The position numbers and the translations under genes are program-made. 64,000 nt of DNA, from positions 1 through 64,000 of IMG/VR virus record IMGVR_UViG_3300010938_000006. The stretch is one strand, 5' to 3'. Under the pieces are notes generated by a model. That model ran no database searches. It saw only the letters and a list, made by a program, of their open reading frames with translations, and was not told the DNA's origin. Positions 17,971 through 27,878 of the stretch are shown here, piece by piece; the first letter of the stretch is position 1, and every line of letters starts with the position of its first letter. This DNA comes from a virus.

Positions 17971-20046
17971 CTATCTACTATATTTGCTCTTAAGAATCTC
18001 TTTTTCTTGTTCTTCTCGTTCAATCTTATATATTTGGAGTTCTTCAAAAGTCATGTCAGAAACATCACTTTTAGCTCCATTCCATTTAAGAATGCCCTCA
18101 ACCTCAGGGCCAAGACGATTCTTAGCAATGTATAATCGTGCAACATCATCTAAATCTGGATATCCCATAAAAGGACGCCACATAGTGATTACTGCATCAG
18201 CCATCTCTTCCCAATCACCGGCTTCTTTAGCTGCTCGCTTAGTTCTAAGCGGTACAGAACCATCACCAGTATTGCGAGAAATTTGACACAAGTAAATCCA
18301 AGCAGCTTCGGTATCTGCAGCTACTTCGGGTGCTTTTAAAGCATTATACTTAGCATTAGCGTGGGCGTCTGTTTTATCACTAGTAATACGACCAGCATAG
18401 TCAACAACCACTAGCTTAACCTTTTCACCAGTTTTTTGTTCTACTGCTTGCACTCGCTCTTTCATTTGGTCCATAGACAAAGTAGAACTAAAATCAAACG
18501 TAGTTTTATTAAAGGTTTTAGCTACAATTTGACGAATTTCTGCTATCTTTGCTGCATCTTTATTTTTATAGAAAGACATAATCTCATGCTTGCTATAATT
18601 AGTGCATTTTTGAGCAATTTTTTGAAATACAAGATTCTTATACATATCCATTGAAAAGAATACTGTACGTTGATTAAGTTCATTAGCTCTTTCCATGATA
18701 TTAAGAGCTAGAGAAGTCTTTCCTACTCCTGTTGCAGCAATTAGTAGGGTTTTTGTACCGATAGTAAGGTCTACGTTGGCATCAATAAAATCAATTCCAG
18801 TAAACACTCTATTACTATCATAGTTTTCAGCAAAATTACTAAAACTATCAGATACTTCTTCAATTTGAACTAAAGAAGAATCAGAAGAAATCTTATTGTG
18901 CAAAATACACGGAGGACCATTTTTTACTGCTGCACAATATTTATGCAACAATTCATTATCTTCCGTAGTTCCTGGTCCACCTGCTTTAGGTTTGGCATGT
19001 GGACTATAAGCACTAGCGATATGCTGTGTCCAAATCTCATCTTTATCAATAATCTTATCTTCTGGATAAAGTCTACTGTTAAGTTCTGCGATGCCCTTTA
19101 GAACTCTATGGGCTAGCTCTTTTTCCATCCCTTGATTGCGGTAATAGGCCGCCAATCGAAAGAATACCCTAGAACGCTCCCCAGGTATCATTATACCCTT
19201 AGAAAGGGCATATATGCATCGTGGCATATGTCTAGGCATTTTCTTAAAATCAATAGTATTCAATCCACGAATGCCTTCAGTTTCTTCAACATTAACAATA
19301 ACTGAGCGTGGCTTAATGTTTCCACGATACTTATCTAAAAACTTAATATCGCTTAAAGGTTTGACAGTAATAGTAGCCTGAGGTTTGGTAGCTAAAGATT
19401 TAATTTGTTCTATAGAGAGCTTAACTAAATCATTAGGAGTTAAGGCTATCTTATATAGCCCACTTACTTTATGTTTAGTATTAACTATGCGAAATATACG
19501 GTTTACGTTATAAATAGTAGTATCAAAAGTCTTGATGCCGTGTGCAAAGTTGGAGCAAATAATCTTCAATTCCTCAGGCGTATACTCTCCAGTAGTATCT
19601 ACTTCAACATGAAACCCTTTATTTCCAGAGAAGTAAACTATTGTATGCATAGATACGTTAATTCCTTGATCCTTCAATTTTCTTAAAAGGGAACGCACAT
19701 CTGACTTGATATCATCTAAAGATGCAGAAGTATTCTTTTTAATATCAAAATCAAATATTAGTTTATTGGTAGTAACTTTGCCAGCATAACCCGCTACAGA
19801 ACCATAGCCTACAACGGTATCATTGGCATCGTATCGTGGAGTTTTATTGTAATAATCTATTACATCTTGATTATAAGTATATAAAGAAATATACCAATCA
19901 GATTTAGTATCACTATCTAAAATTTTTTGTAGTTCTAAAGGATTGCTAGCAATTTCTGCTGGAATTAACGTACCCCAGTCATTAACGTGCTTGCAAATTC
20001 TGTAATACTTAGATGAAGACTTAGGTTGTAATGCAGTATGGGACAT
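17971..20046 (-). CDS. bifunctional AEP primase (prim-pol) / DnaB-like helicase
   Basis: N-half has FDFDIK and SGNKGFHVEV. C-half has Walker A ATGVGKTS and Walker B LVVVDY. Confidence 0.8.
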   Translation of the reverse strand: MSHTALQPKSSSKYYRICKHVNDWGTLIPAEIASNPLELQKILDSDTKSDWYISLYTYNQDVIDYYNKTPRYDANDTVVGYGSVAGYAGKVTTNKLIFDFDIKKNTSASLDDIKSDVRSLLRKLKDQGINVSMHTIVYFSGNKGFHVEVDTTGEYTPEELKIICSNFAHGIKTFDTTIYNVNRIFRIVNTKHKVSGLYKIALTPNDLVKLSIEQIKSLATKPQATITVKPLSDIKFLDKYRGNIKPRSVIVNVEETEGIRGLNTIDFKKMPRHMPRCIYALSKGIMIPGERSRVFFRLAAYYRNQGMEKELAHRVLKGIAELNSRLYPEDKIIDKDEIWTQHIASAYSPHAKPKAGGPGTTEDNELLHKYCAAVKNGPPCILHNKISSDSSLVQIEEVSDSFSNFAENYDSNRVFTGIDFIDANVDLTIGTKTLLIAATGVGKTSLALNIMERANELNQRTVFFSMDMYKNLVFQKIAQKCTNYSKHEIMSFYKNKDAAKIAEIRQIVAKTFNKTTFDFSSTLSMDQMKERVQAVEQKTGEKVKLVVVDYAGRITSDKTDAHANAKYNALKAPEVAADTEAAWIYLCQISRNTGDGSVPLRTKRAAKEAGDWEEMADAVITMWRPFMGYPDLDDVARLYIAKNRLGPEVEGILKWNGAKSDVSDMTFEELQIYKIEREEQEKEILKSKYSR

Positions 20047-20075
20047 TAGAGTGCCTCCCTAATTTTAGACTCTAA

Positions 20076-20330
20076 TTAATTCGTGGGTTCGTCAAAAAAC
20101 GAAAGACGAACATCGGGCGAATTTTCCGAACGCTTCTCAGCATTCCAATACAATTGGAAATTAGTGAGAGCGACGGTGCGACCATCAGGAAGTTCTGCAA
20201 AAAGCTTAATGCCTTGCGGATAGCTCTTTTCAGGGTTACTAGAAATACTAATGTATTCCGTTCCTTGTTTGGACGTTTTAACCCAACCGTTCGCAAACGT
20301 CAAAGACTTATTTTGATTACCTTGATTCAT
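20076..20330 (-). CDS. hypothetical protein (DUF736-like tail NSPDVRLSF)
   Basis: 84-aa ORF with an AAGGAG-type SD. The overlapping 20072..20296 ORF is judged spurious. Confidence 0.45.
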   Translation of the reverse strand: MNQGNQNKSLTFANGWVKTSKQGTEYISISSNPEKSYPQGIKLFAELPDGRTVALTNFQLYWNAEKRSENSPDVRLSFFDEPTN

Positions 20331-20358
20331 TGTTTCTCCTTACAATTAAATATATCAG

Positions 20359-20787
20359 TTATTTGGTTTCTTGTCCAGCGGGAACTTCAGTTTTACCTTC
20401 TTGTTCTTTAGCCGCTAATTCTGCTGCGATTCGTTTACGCTCTTCATTAATATAGTGTTGAGTCAAAATGAATCGGTCAGAAATCACTCGTTGTCCTAAA
20501 GCGAAGCAAAGCTTCTCTTCATCTTCTTTAAGATTAACAGGAATGCCATCAGTCGGCAAATCTAAAATAGCTAGCAGCACTCTATTTTTAGCTCTTGAAG
20601 ACAATTTAGGGAAAAGCTCGGCCAAATACTTTTTATTGGTGATAAAAGATCCGCCAGCACGAGAAACTAGTTCTTCTGCAGAGGGCACATTAATCTTTTG
20701 ACCAGTTTTTTCTTCTTCTTTTTGAATAGAAGTTACTTCTGTTTGAGTTACTTCATTAGTTTTGTTTTCTTGCATTTTATTCTCCAT
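20359..20787 (-). CDS. hypothetical acidic protein
   Basis: 142-aa ORF. Confidence 0.5.
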   Translation of the reverse strand: MENKMQENKTNEVTQTEVTSIQKEEEKTGQKINVPSAEELVSRAGGSFITNKKYLAELFPKLSSRAKNRVLLAILDLPTDGIPVNLKEDEEKLCFALGQRVISDRFILTQHYINEERKRIAAELAAKEQEGKTEVPAGQETK

Positions 20788-21404
20788 TAAAATTCAACAT
20801 CTTCCACGTTATTAGATGCTACTGGTGCCTCTTCCGTAGTAAGAGGTTGGGCCGGTTTAGCCACAACTTGTGCCCTTTGAAAGGTAGAAGGACGAATAAC
20901 CTGAGACGGTTGTCGTGACTGATAAGTAGGTGTCGGCCTATTGCTAGCTACGGGAGCAGTGGTAGCAGTAGTCACTGGAGGCTTATGACTTGCAACTGGA
21001 GCCACCGTAGTAGAACGTGACACTGGAGCACTCTTTTGATGATGTACAGCATTCTCATCTGGAGCATCCAATTCTTCGATAGCAGTCATATCAATATTGC
21101 AAGCAAAACGAAGAGCACGAGCTATTGCACGAGTCTCAGCCATACGAAGAAGGGCTCCAGCCACTTTCTTAGCCACATTGTTAGTATTGGCGTCTCCGTA
21201 TCCTGTAAAAGTCTTTTCTTGTCCATTATCAGAGATAGTCACGGTGGCTTTAATAACAGGAGAAGTCAAATCTTCATTAACCAATTCAGTATTAACTGAT
21301 TTTAGTCCTTTAGCATGGGCTTCCTGCAACAATCCAGGAAAAGTAATAAAGTCTTTTCCTTGAACGTTGACTATATATTTACTGATATCAGTTTTGGTTT
21401 GCAT
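20787..21404 (-). CDS. putative single-strand annealing/ssDNA-binding protein with Pro/Thr-rich tail
   Basis: GYGDANTNNV...AETRAIARALRFACNI resembles the Rad52/Sak-type helix. Low certainty. Confidence 0.3.
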   Translation of the reverse strand: MQTKTDISKYIVNVQGKDFITFPGLLQEAHAKGLKSVNTELVNEDLTSPVIKATVTISDNGQEKTFTGYGDANTNNVAKKVAGALLRMAETRAIARALRFACNIDMTAIEELDAPDENAVHHQKSAPVSRSTTVAPVASHKPPVTTATTAPVASNRPTPTYQSRQPSQVIRPSTFQRAQVVAKPAQPLTTEEAPVASNNVEDVEF

Positions 21405-21702
21405 CTTTATTCTCCTCTTCAGAAGAATCTGTTTTATTTTTTTCTAACTCTACGCCAAAATATTTTTCGATGGTTTCCACTGGAATGCCCATTTCGTCCT
21501 TAATAGTAAAGGCGATTAGGTTTTTAGTCAATAAGAAAAAGAATTGGTCTATAATTAAGCACATTGGTATAAATGCTTTTAGACTCATTTTAGTATCAAA
21601 ACCGAGGTATGAAAATACGTGATATATAGCAAAAGCATAGAAACTTCGCACAATAAAATTTCCTATTGTAGCGAAAATTGATGCTAAAATGATACTAAAC
21701 AT
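21388..21702 (-). CDS. small multi-pass membrane protein
   Basis: Start moved to ATG 21702 because the track start runs through the tRNA. Has hydrophobic segments. Confidence 0.45.
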   Translation of the reverse strand: MFSIILASIFATIGNFIVRSFYAFAIYHVFSYLGFDTKMSLKAFIPMCLIIDQFFFLLTKNLIAFTIKDEMGIPVETIEKYFGVELEKNKTDSSEEENKDANQN

Positions 21703-21716
21703 ATATCTCCTAAAAA

Positions 21717-21792
21717 TGGTTGCAGGCCAAGGACTCGAACCTTGTATCTCCACGTTATGAGCGTGGCGAGATAACCCATTCTCCAGCCTGCT
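21717..21792 (-). tRNA. tRNA with CAT anticodon (Met, initiator-like, or Ile2)
   Basis: 76-nt cloverleaf folded by hand. D stem GAGA/TCTC, anticodon stem CCACG/CGTGG, loop CTCATAA, T arm CAAGG-TTCGAGT-CCTTG, encoded CCA. Has an A1-A72 mismatch and an A11:U24 pair. Confidence 0.85.
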
Positions 21793-21808
21793 AAAACTAA
21801 TTATAGCA

Positions 21809-22912
21809 CTATCGTTTTATAAGTCCAGTCAAATCATTTTTGTGACAAGCATTATAATACGGACAACGACCACCATACCAATTTTCACATTTATCCGTAT
21901 TCTTGTACACAATTCCTTCCTTCATCGCATGAATAATATTGCTATAATCTTTAAATAGGTCTTGAATTTGTTCTTGTGTTTTACGTTGAGTTAACAGTTG
22001 TACTTCTGGCTTAAGTTTTTTGGTAACTTTCCAGGTACCTCCACACCGGCCATTATTTATCTCAGCATTACAAGTGTGATGTCGGCTATCTTTAATATTG
22101 CCACAATTATTACAAGTGGCTATTTCTTCTTTTTGAATGTTTTTACACAACACCACATACCCTACTAGGTCTGTTTGATGTACAGCACCCTCAAGAGCTA
22201 AATATAGGGTTAGTTGTTCTGTTAAATCAATGTGCTCTTGAGTGTATGGTTGTGAAGAGGTTTTTAAGTCTAAAATTAAAGGCTTATCATATCCTTCTAA
22301 TTCTACAATCATATCTACCATTGCTACTATGCTATCTCCAGTTTGTGAATCTAGGATGCTGCTTTGCTTTTGAGTAGATAATACTTTAGTAATTTTTGGA
22401 TAGAATTGGTCTACAAAGGCTTCAATTAAAATTCTACCCTTGTTATCTAAAGAGAGCCAACTCGCTCTATTAAAGAATATTAACTGATTTGCGGTAGTTT
22501 TGATATAGGGATTCTTCTTAATCTTAGTGACTTCTTTTTGAATCTCTACGCCAGTTTTACCTAAACCAGTTAAACCTAGCTGGATTGCCCAATCCATCAA
22601 CACTTGATGGTCTTGTGGTTGTAAAACATATTCATCAAAATCAGCATTAGAAAATGCTATGTTGGGATTATCAAAAATTTGATGGGTTTTATTGTTTACG
22701 TTGGATTGCTTCCAATTATCATGAAACAACTTCATGTAGTTAGAGGTTAATCCGTTCTCCAACAAATGCATTACAGCCATGTCTACAGCCGAACCAAAAT
22801 ATGTTGAAGCTCCTTCTACGGGAGATTTTAGTCTTTGATTATAACTCCAGTCCCAAAATTTAGGGCACTGAATATAAGTACTATTTTGACTATATGATGT
22901 TTTGTGCGACAC
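21809..22912 (-). CDS. Cas4-like PD-(D/E)XK exonuclease with Fe-S cysteines
   Basis: N-terminal YIQCP Cys plus C-terminal CENWYGGRCPYYNAC. Inserted CNNCG...CNAEINNGRCGG ribbon. GTG start. Confidence 0.7.
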   Translation of the reverse strand: MSHKTSYSQNSTYIQCPKFWDWSYNQRLKSPVEGASTYFGSAVDMAVMHLLENGLTSNYMKLFHDNWKQSNVNNKTHQIFDNPNIAFSNADFDEYVLQPQDHQVLMDWAIQLGLTGLGKTGVEIQKEVTKIKKNPYIKTTANQLIFFNRASWLSLDNKGRILIEAFVDQFYPKITKVLSTQKQSSILDSQTGDSIVAMVDMIVELEGYDKPLILDLKTSSQPYTQEHIDLTEQLTLYLALEGAVHQTDLVGYVVLCKNIQKEEIATCNNCGNIKDSRHHTCNAEINNGRCGGTWKVTKKLKPEVQLLTQRKTQEQIQDLFKDYSNIIHAMKEGIVYKNTDKCENWYGGRCPYYNACHKNDLTGLIKR

Positions 22913-22996
22913 TAAATCCTTTTCCGTCTCATTATCAAATCCGTTAGCAATGACTAGTATAATTTTTATTAGTATATCAGGTATAGTATCAAAAGT

Positions 22997-23434
22997 CTAT
23001 TTTATTTCTGTAGTGTCTGTAAGTAGGTCTAATGTAAGCATTACTACTTTGTTCATATCTTTAGCGCCGTATTTTGTATAGTCTTTTCCGCCATCAATAA
23101 AAGTGTCGTTGGGACATCCACAATAAATAAAATGATGTCTATTTATACTGTATAAGACAGTATCACATTCATGACAATACAAAGCATCTTGAAATCTCCA
23201 TTTATCCATTTCTTCTTGAGTCATTCCTCTAACACAATTGAGTGGTGGGCCATTTAACAATAAATAATCTTTGTGGCCTTTTTTTCTATTGGGTTTGGCT
23301 ACTTTATAAACAGCTACAGGATGATATTCATTATTAACGCAGAATTCATTAAGAAACGTAAGTCCACCTTCAAACATTTTGTTTACTTTTTTGTGATCAA
23401 ATCCGTAATATTCAGCTTTTTTAATTTTACTCAT
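22997..23434 (-). CDS. hypothetical zinc-finger protein
   Basis: CHECD...HHFIYCGCPN. Start set to ATG 23434, in an ATGA overlap with the upstream LYG stop. Confidence 0.5.
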   Translation of the reverse strand: MSKIKKAEYYGFDHKKVNKMFEGGLTFLNEFCVNNEYHPVAVYKVAKPNRKKGHKDYLLLNGPPLNCVRGMTQEEMDKWRFQDALYCHECDTVLYSINRHHFIYCGCPNDTFIDGGKDYTKYGAKDMNKVVMLTLDLLTDTTEIK

Positions 23435-23676
23435 CCGTATAAATCCTGAGATATAGGAGTACAACCAGTGTGCATTATTTTAGAGAATTGTTCTCCAGTA
23501 TAATTGAGTACTTTATACTTTTGCGTGTCAAACATAAATACTACGTAGGGTTCTCTGTTATAATTCATAAGTCCCCAAGCGGCGACAGCCATTGGATTTA
23601 CATTAATATACAGGTCATTAGTTTGCTGCCCGTATTCTGTATCTATCTTTCTAAGTTGTAGCTCTATAAATTTCAC
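23431..23676 (-). CDS. LLY-tail family small protein
   Basis: Ends ISQDLYG. Confidence 0.55.
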   Translation of the reverse strand: MKFIELQLRKIDTEYGQQTNDLYINVNPMAVAAWGLMNYNREPYVVFMFDTQKYKVLNYTGEQFSKIMHTGCTPISQDLYG

Positions 23677-23903
23677 AATTGTCTCAATTCTTCTAATAGA
23701 TCGTGTAACGCTAGCATTGCTGCCTTGTGAAAAATCACCTTATCTTTAAGAATAACTTTTTTAGAGGCGTTTATCAATTGAGCAGACCTTCTTTGTCCTT
23801 CTGGACCAGAAAGCTTAGATATATCTTTAGTGGCACCATTAACTTCAGCTTGGTGTTCTTGAATTTTAGTTTCTATAAGACTAATAACTTTATGTTTATC
23901 CAT
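23673..23903 (-). CDS. hypothetical coiled-coil protein
   Basis: Start set to ATG 23903 (MDKHKVISLIE...), embedded in the upstream TATGGATAA. Confidence 0.45.
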   Translation of the reverse strand: MDKHKVISLIETKIQEHQAEVNGATKDISKLSGPEGQRRSAQLINASKKVILKDKVIFHKAAMLALHDLLEELRQL

Positions 23904-24075
23904 ATATAAGTCCAGCAATATTTCCTTTAAATGGTAAAATAGCCTCTTGTGATCGGGAATTATTACTTCTAATCGTATGCGTTTCCCCAACAGTAGGTCT
24001 AGCCAATACCAATAAGGTAATAGAATCAAAATTGTGCCAAGTAACCTTACAAGGAATATTTTGTGGTATCATCAT
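23896..24075 (-). CDS. LLY-tail family small protein (59 aa, below the track cutoff)
   Basis: MMIPQNIPCKVTWHNFDS...KGNIAGLIYG. The stop overlaps the next ATG. Confidence 0.5.
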   Translation of the reverse strand: MMIPQNIPCKVTWHNFDSITLLVLARPTVGETHTIRSNNSRSQEAILPFKGNIAGLIYG

Positions 24076-24155
24076 TTTTTTTGCCGATATGAGTTTTAAC
24101 GTCTTTTATTAAGTAGACTATATCGTCAATTTTTGGACTATATCTTATATCTTTA

Positions 24156-24386
24156 TTACTTCGCATATAAACCTTCTGCCACTGAAGATCGTCCCACAAT
24201 AAATTTCATAATAGGTTCTCCAGATTCATAAAATTCATAATATGTGCTTCCATTTGGAGAATATTTCGTATGGCTAGAATATTGCTTTTTAGCGTACACG
24301 TATAATACATTATACCCTTCTTTTAACGCTCCTAGTAAATTATACTCGTCTACACTTTTAACATCTGTCCAATATTGTTGTATCAT
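24156..24386 (-). CDS. LLY-tail family small protein
   Basis: Ends VAEGLYAK. Confidence 0.5.
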   Translation of the reverse strand: MIQQYWTDVKSVDEYNLLGALKEGYNVLYVYAKKQYSSHTKYSPNGSTYYEFYESGEPIMKFIVGRSSVAEGLYAK

Positions 24387-24703
24387 ACGCTAAATGAAGT
24401 CCCACACCCACAGCTTTTTGTAGTATTTGGGTTAAAAAAACTAAAGCTTGTACCATTAAGGCCGCCATTATAGTCTAACACAAGTCCTTTAAGAAATAAA
24501 GCACTCTTAGCATCTATCAAAAACTTGATTCCTTCTTGCTCTACTATTTTGTCTGCAGGGGTGGCTTCTTCTGTAAAATCTAATTTATAACTTAAGCCAC
24601 TGCATCCACCGCCAATAACAAATACTCTCAAAAATGCTTCGTTTGAATATTCTACAGATAGTAACTTTATTTGTTTTAAAGCAGATTGTGTAGCAGACAT
24701 CAT
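24383..24703 (-). CDS. IscA/HesB-type iron-sulfur cluster assembly protein
   Basis: GGGCSGLSY ... SCGCGTSF signature. Confidence 0.85.
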   Translation of the reverse strand: MMSATQSALKQIKLLSVEYSNEAFLRVFVIGGGCSGLSYKLDFTEEATPADKIVEQEGIKFLIDAKSALFLKGLVLDYNGGLNGTSFSFFNPNTTKSCGCGTSFSV

Positions 24704-25324
24704 CTAACACCACCACGAACGCATATTCTTATTTAAATGTTTCCAAAGATCATTCCAATCTTTTTGATGCAATCTGTGAGATTTATTCATTGAAGCACGA
24801 GCTTCTTTATGAATTTGGTCACTATTTTTATTAGTTTCTTTCTCGTACTTGCTAATAGAGCTACGATATGGACGATTTAGCACTTCTTTGGAATTTAAAA
24901 CGTCACATTCAGTGTATCTAATATGCTTGCCATATTTTTCTTCTAAAGGCTTCATACAAGCGTCCCAATGATACATATCATCTTTAGCTCTATTAATCAA
25001 TTCCAAGGCTTTATCCATATTTTTTACATCTTTTTTCCAATGTAAATGGTGATGGTGTTTTTCAACGTGGTCACGAAGACGTTTGATTTTAAATTCCATA
25101 AAATTCAAAATATCGTTATAATCAAAGTCATTCTCCCACCATAGCAAAGAGCGAAATTTCCATATCGTAACAATAAACCTTTTCAAGTCCTTAGCAAAAT
25201 CTAAAGGAATAACTAATACTTCTTTAATATCGTGAGTTAAATCACCAAAAAATTCTTTGCCATTTTCTTTAGCTCTTGAACCTAAACGCTCAAATCGCCA
25301 TTTTAAATCATGTAAGTGAGCCAT
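24704..25324 (-). CDS. hypothetical protein (His-rich HHHLHW)
   Basis: 206-aa ORF. Confidence 0.5.
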   Translation of the reverse strand: MAHLHDLKWRFERLGSRAKENGKEFFGDLTHDIKEVLVIPLDFAKDLKRFIVTIWKFRSLLWWENDFDYNDILNFMEFKIKRLRDHVEKHHHHLHWKKDVKNMDKALELINRAKDDMYHWDACMKPLEEKYGKHIRYTECDVLNSKEVLNRPYRSSISKYEKETNKNSDQIHKEARASMNKSHRLHQKDWNDLWKHLNKNMRSWWC

Positions 25325-25589
25325 AAAGCATCTCCGATATGTTGGTTAAAGGGAAAAATATTCCTGTTTTATCATTAATTCTTTGATATTGTTTTCCGTA
25401 TGGTATATGTCTTACAGATGTATACCCTTCTACGTCTTCAAAAGTTATAGGTTCTCCAGCTAAAACATCCATAGTTTCATTAACAACAATACCTCTTAAC
25501 CAATGTCCATAACTAAAGTCTGGGCCATCTTTTTTAGGACATCCTAATTGATGCCAGAATATTACTTTTGTCCCTAAAGGATATTTCAT
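25308..25589 (-). CDS. LLY-tail family small protein
   Basis: Ends ISEMLYGSLT. Confidence 0.5.
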   Translation of the reverse strand: MKYPLGTKVIFWHQLGCPKKDGPDFSYGHWLRGIVVNETMDVLAGEPITFEDVEGYTSVRHIPYGKQYQRINDKTGIFFPLTNISEMLYGSLT

Positions 25590-26458
25590 CGTATTCTATC
25601 TAAATTAGTATAAATCGGCTTACCCTTTACTTTTTTTACGAAAGTAGGCCAAACTATACCATATTTCTTAATAACTCTATTTATAACGGCCCACACTGCA
25701 TCTTCACTCATTTTAAGGCTTTTTGCTGCATCAGTCAATTGCATATTTTGTATAAAAACTTTGTTCAATATTTTCAATTGCTTCTTATTTAAATTATTTT
25801 CATTCTCTTCAATAAACTTACGCATGATAGCGAATTTACTTAGTTTTGTTAAAGCATAGTATATAGTGTACTTGGCTTTGTCTTCATTAAGGAGTCCGAA
25901 TTTGTCTGCTACATATTTAAAATCATTACCTTTAAAGAAATACTGTTGTACCATATCTTGCTTTCGCTTACTCAAACAATCCCAAGGTAATTCTAAATTA
26001 GAATTTGGAAATAGGCTTATAATTTCAGCCCCTTCAGTGTACTCTTCTGAGGAATATTCCAGGTTCTCTTTATACATAAGATAAGGCTCTTCTATCTTAT
26101 TCCTGTGCATAAAATCGTTTATTTGTCCACAGGGGGAATCGCAAGTGGCTTTTATGGGACAAGTGTCACACCTACTAATAAAAAGTTCGCCTTGGGCAAT
26201 ATTTTGAGTTTTAGCTAATTCGTCAAGATAAGGTTTAGCCGTAGGGCTTTTCCAAGGTAAAGGCCGACCAATACACTCTTTACCTATACATACGGCTCTT
26301 TTAGGGCATTCATCATAACTTTGACCATAAATATCTATACATTCTTGCTTAATTTGTCTAAGAATTTCAAAGCGTTTATCAAATGGAATAAGAGAATACC
26401 AAGGAGGTAAACTACAAGCAGGAGGCTTATTTTGTTCTTTCCATTTTTTTTCATCCAT
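25586..26458 (-). CDS. Cys-rich protein with C-terminal HTH (sigma region-4-like)
   Basis: LTDAAKSLKMSEDAVWAVINRVIKKYG helix-turn-helix plus several N-terminal Cys pairs. Confidence 0.3.
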   Translation of the reverse strand: MDEKKWKEQNKPPACSLPPWYSLIPFDKRFEILRQIKQECIDIYGQSYDECPKRAVCIGKECIGRPLPWKSPTAKPYLDELAKTQNIAQGELFISRCDTCPIKATCDSPCGQINDFMHRNKIEEPYLMYKENLEYSSEEYTEGAEIISLFPNSNLELPWDCLSKRKQDMVQQYFFKGNDFKYVADKFGLLNEDKAKYTIYYALTKLSKFAIMRKFIEENENNLNKKQLKILNKVFIQNMQLTDAAKSLKMSEDAVWAVINRVIKKYGIVWPTFVKKVKGKPIYTNLDRIR

Positions 26459-26753
26459 AAAGTAACTTCAAAAACTTTATTTTTTTATTGGTTTTTTGTT
26501 TACTTATACTAGTGAAGATTCTAGTATCATTATCAATTTCATAACAAAATACTGTAGTGTAATGATTACTAATATCTAACTTACTTGTATAGATATTAGT
26601 ATATACTAAATTTACAGAATATCTAGTAATTTTATGTGGCCTAGTTTCCCAAGTAGAATCAGAAATGTCATCTTCTAAAATAGAAGTGACTATGTAATAG
26701 TTTAAATCTCGTATATTCTTTAAAATATCACCTATCTTTAGATTCTTGTTCAT
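26451..26753 (-). CDS. LLY-tail family small protein
   Basis: LKIGDILKNI near the N-terminus. Ends KFLKLLYG. Confidence 0.55.
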   Translation of the reverse strand: MNKNLKIGDILKNIRDLNYYIVTSILEDDISDSTWETRPHKITRYSVNLVYTNIYTSKLDISNHYTTVFCYEIDNDTRIFTSISKQKTNKKIKFLKLLYG

Positions 26754-27483
26754 ATTGTTTAATCAGTCGATTAGTGAATATCGCCGTGCTTTGACTAGTT
26801 CCTGACATCTTAATACCAAATCCTTCAACATTTAGTCCATTTTCACATTGTCTAACTGGGCCACCGTAATTAGAACTAGCAACATATTTACCATCTTTGC
26901 AATTACCTACTGCATAAAGATTACCAGTTGTGTCTGGTACACATGCAGGATAGTATTGGCATTTAGCAGTCAAATTATTACCATCATTGCCAGCAGCTAC
27001 AGCAATTTTAATGCCTTTCTTAAGAGCTACAGTAACTATTTCTGTTTCTTTTTTAGAAGGGTCTAAGCCACCGCCACTAAAATTAATAAATTTGACATCT
27101 TGTTTAACTGCTTCTTCAAAAGAAGCGATTTCGTTATTGAGATTACTAAATGCTTGACTACCGTTACTGTAATATCTATATATAACTAAACAGAATTTTG
27201 TTGTATCTAGATTTCTAGATACTATACCTGCGATATTGGTGCCATGCCCATGTTTATCTTCTATCCCACCGCCCACAAAATCTTTATGCCCAGTTTTACA
27301 TAGAAATTTGGTTGTAGTATCATTTAGAGTTATGCCTGTATCAATAATAGCCACTTTAACTCTAGTTTCAAGAATAGCAGGCTCACGATTGATAATCGTT
27401 TCTTTATAGGCATCTTCTTTTCTACAAGAAGTAAAGCAAAGTAATAAACTTATTTTGAATATTAGTAACTTTTTCATAGGCAT
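26728..27483 (-). CDS. subtilisin-like (S8) serine protease, lipoprotein
   Basis: Triad contexts AIIDTGI, HGHGTNIAG, SGTSQSTA. Signal peptide with lipobox LLLCFTSC. Confidence 0.8.
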   Translation of the reverse strand: MPMKKLLIFKISLLLCFTSCRKEDAYKETIINREPAILETRVKVAIIDTGITLNDTTTKFLCKTGHKDFVGGGIEDKHGHGTNIAGIVSRNLDTTKFCLVIYRYYSNGSQAFSNLNNEIASFEEAVKQDVKFINFSGGGLDPSKKETEIVTVALKKGIKIAVAAGNDGNNLTAKCQYYPACVPDTTGNLYAVGNCKDGKYVASSNYGGPVRQCENGLNVEGFGIKMSGTSQSTAIFTNRLIKQYEQESKDR

Positions 27484-27658
27484 TCTCCAAATGTTTTATT
27501 GGTACGCTTATAATACCATTTTGAATTGTTTTTGCTCTAGTAAAAACGTGTACATAATAAGGATCTTCTATCTTATCTATTATCATTAAATAATCTATTG
27601 GACTTTTAAAATCTTTATATTGTATTATATCTCCGTATTTAAACTTGCTATTTTCCAT
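27422..27658 (-). CDS. LLY-tail family small protein
   Basis: FKYGDIIQYK near the N-terminus. Ends ITLLYFL. Confidence 0.5.
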   Translation of the reverse strand: MENSKFKYGDIIQYKDFKSPIDYLMIIDKIEDPYYVHVFTRAKTIQNGIISVPIKHLENAYEKVTNIQNKFITLLYFL

Positions 27659-27878
27659 AAAGTTGTTTAGCTATTTCAGAATTTGCTGGTAGTTTGTCCC
27701 AATTGGCTCGCATTTCATTTTGATTGCACCAACCATTTTTTCTACCAGTTGTGGGATTTTGCAATATGAATCTACCCCAATTTCTATTGCCTTCTCTATG
27801 AATAATTCTAAACTATTTAGTTCTTTTGTTTTGGACTAAATCTCCAACATTTAAGCTAATTAGCTCTTCGTGTGTCAT
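27648..27878 (-). pseudogene. LLY-tail family ORF interrupted by in-frame TAG (27813-27815)
   Basis: ATG 27878 in an ATGA overlap. Reads MTHEELISLNVGDLVQNKRTK*FRIIHREGN...EIAKQLYGK. The stop overlaps the next ATG. Confidence 0.6.
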
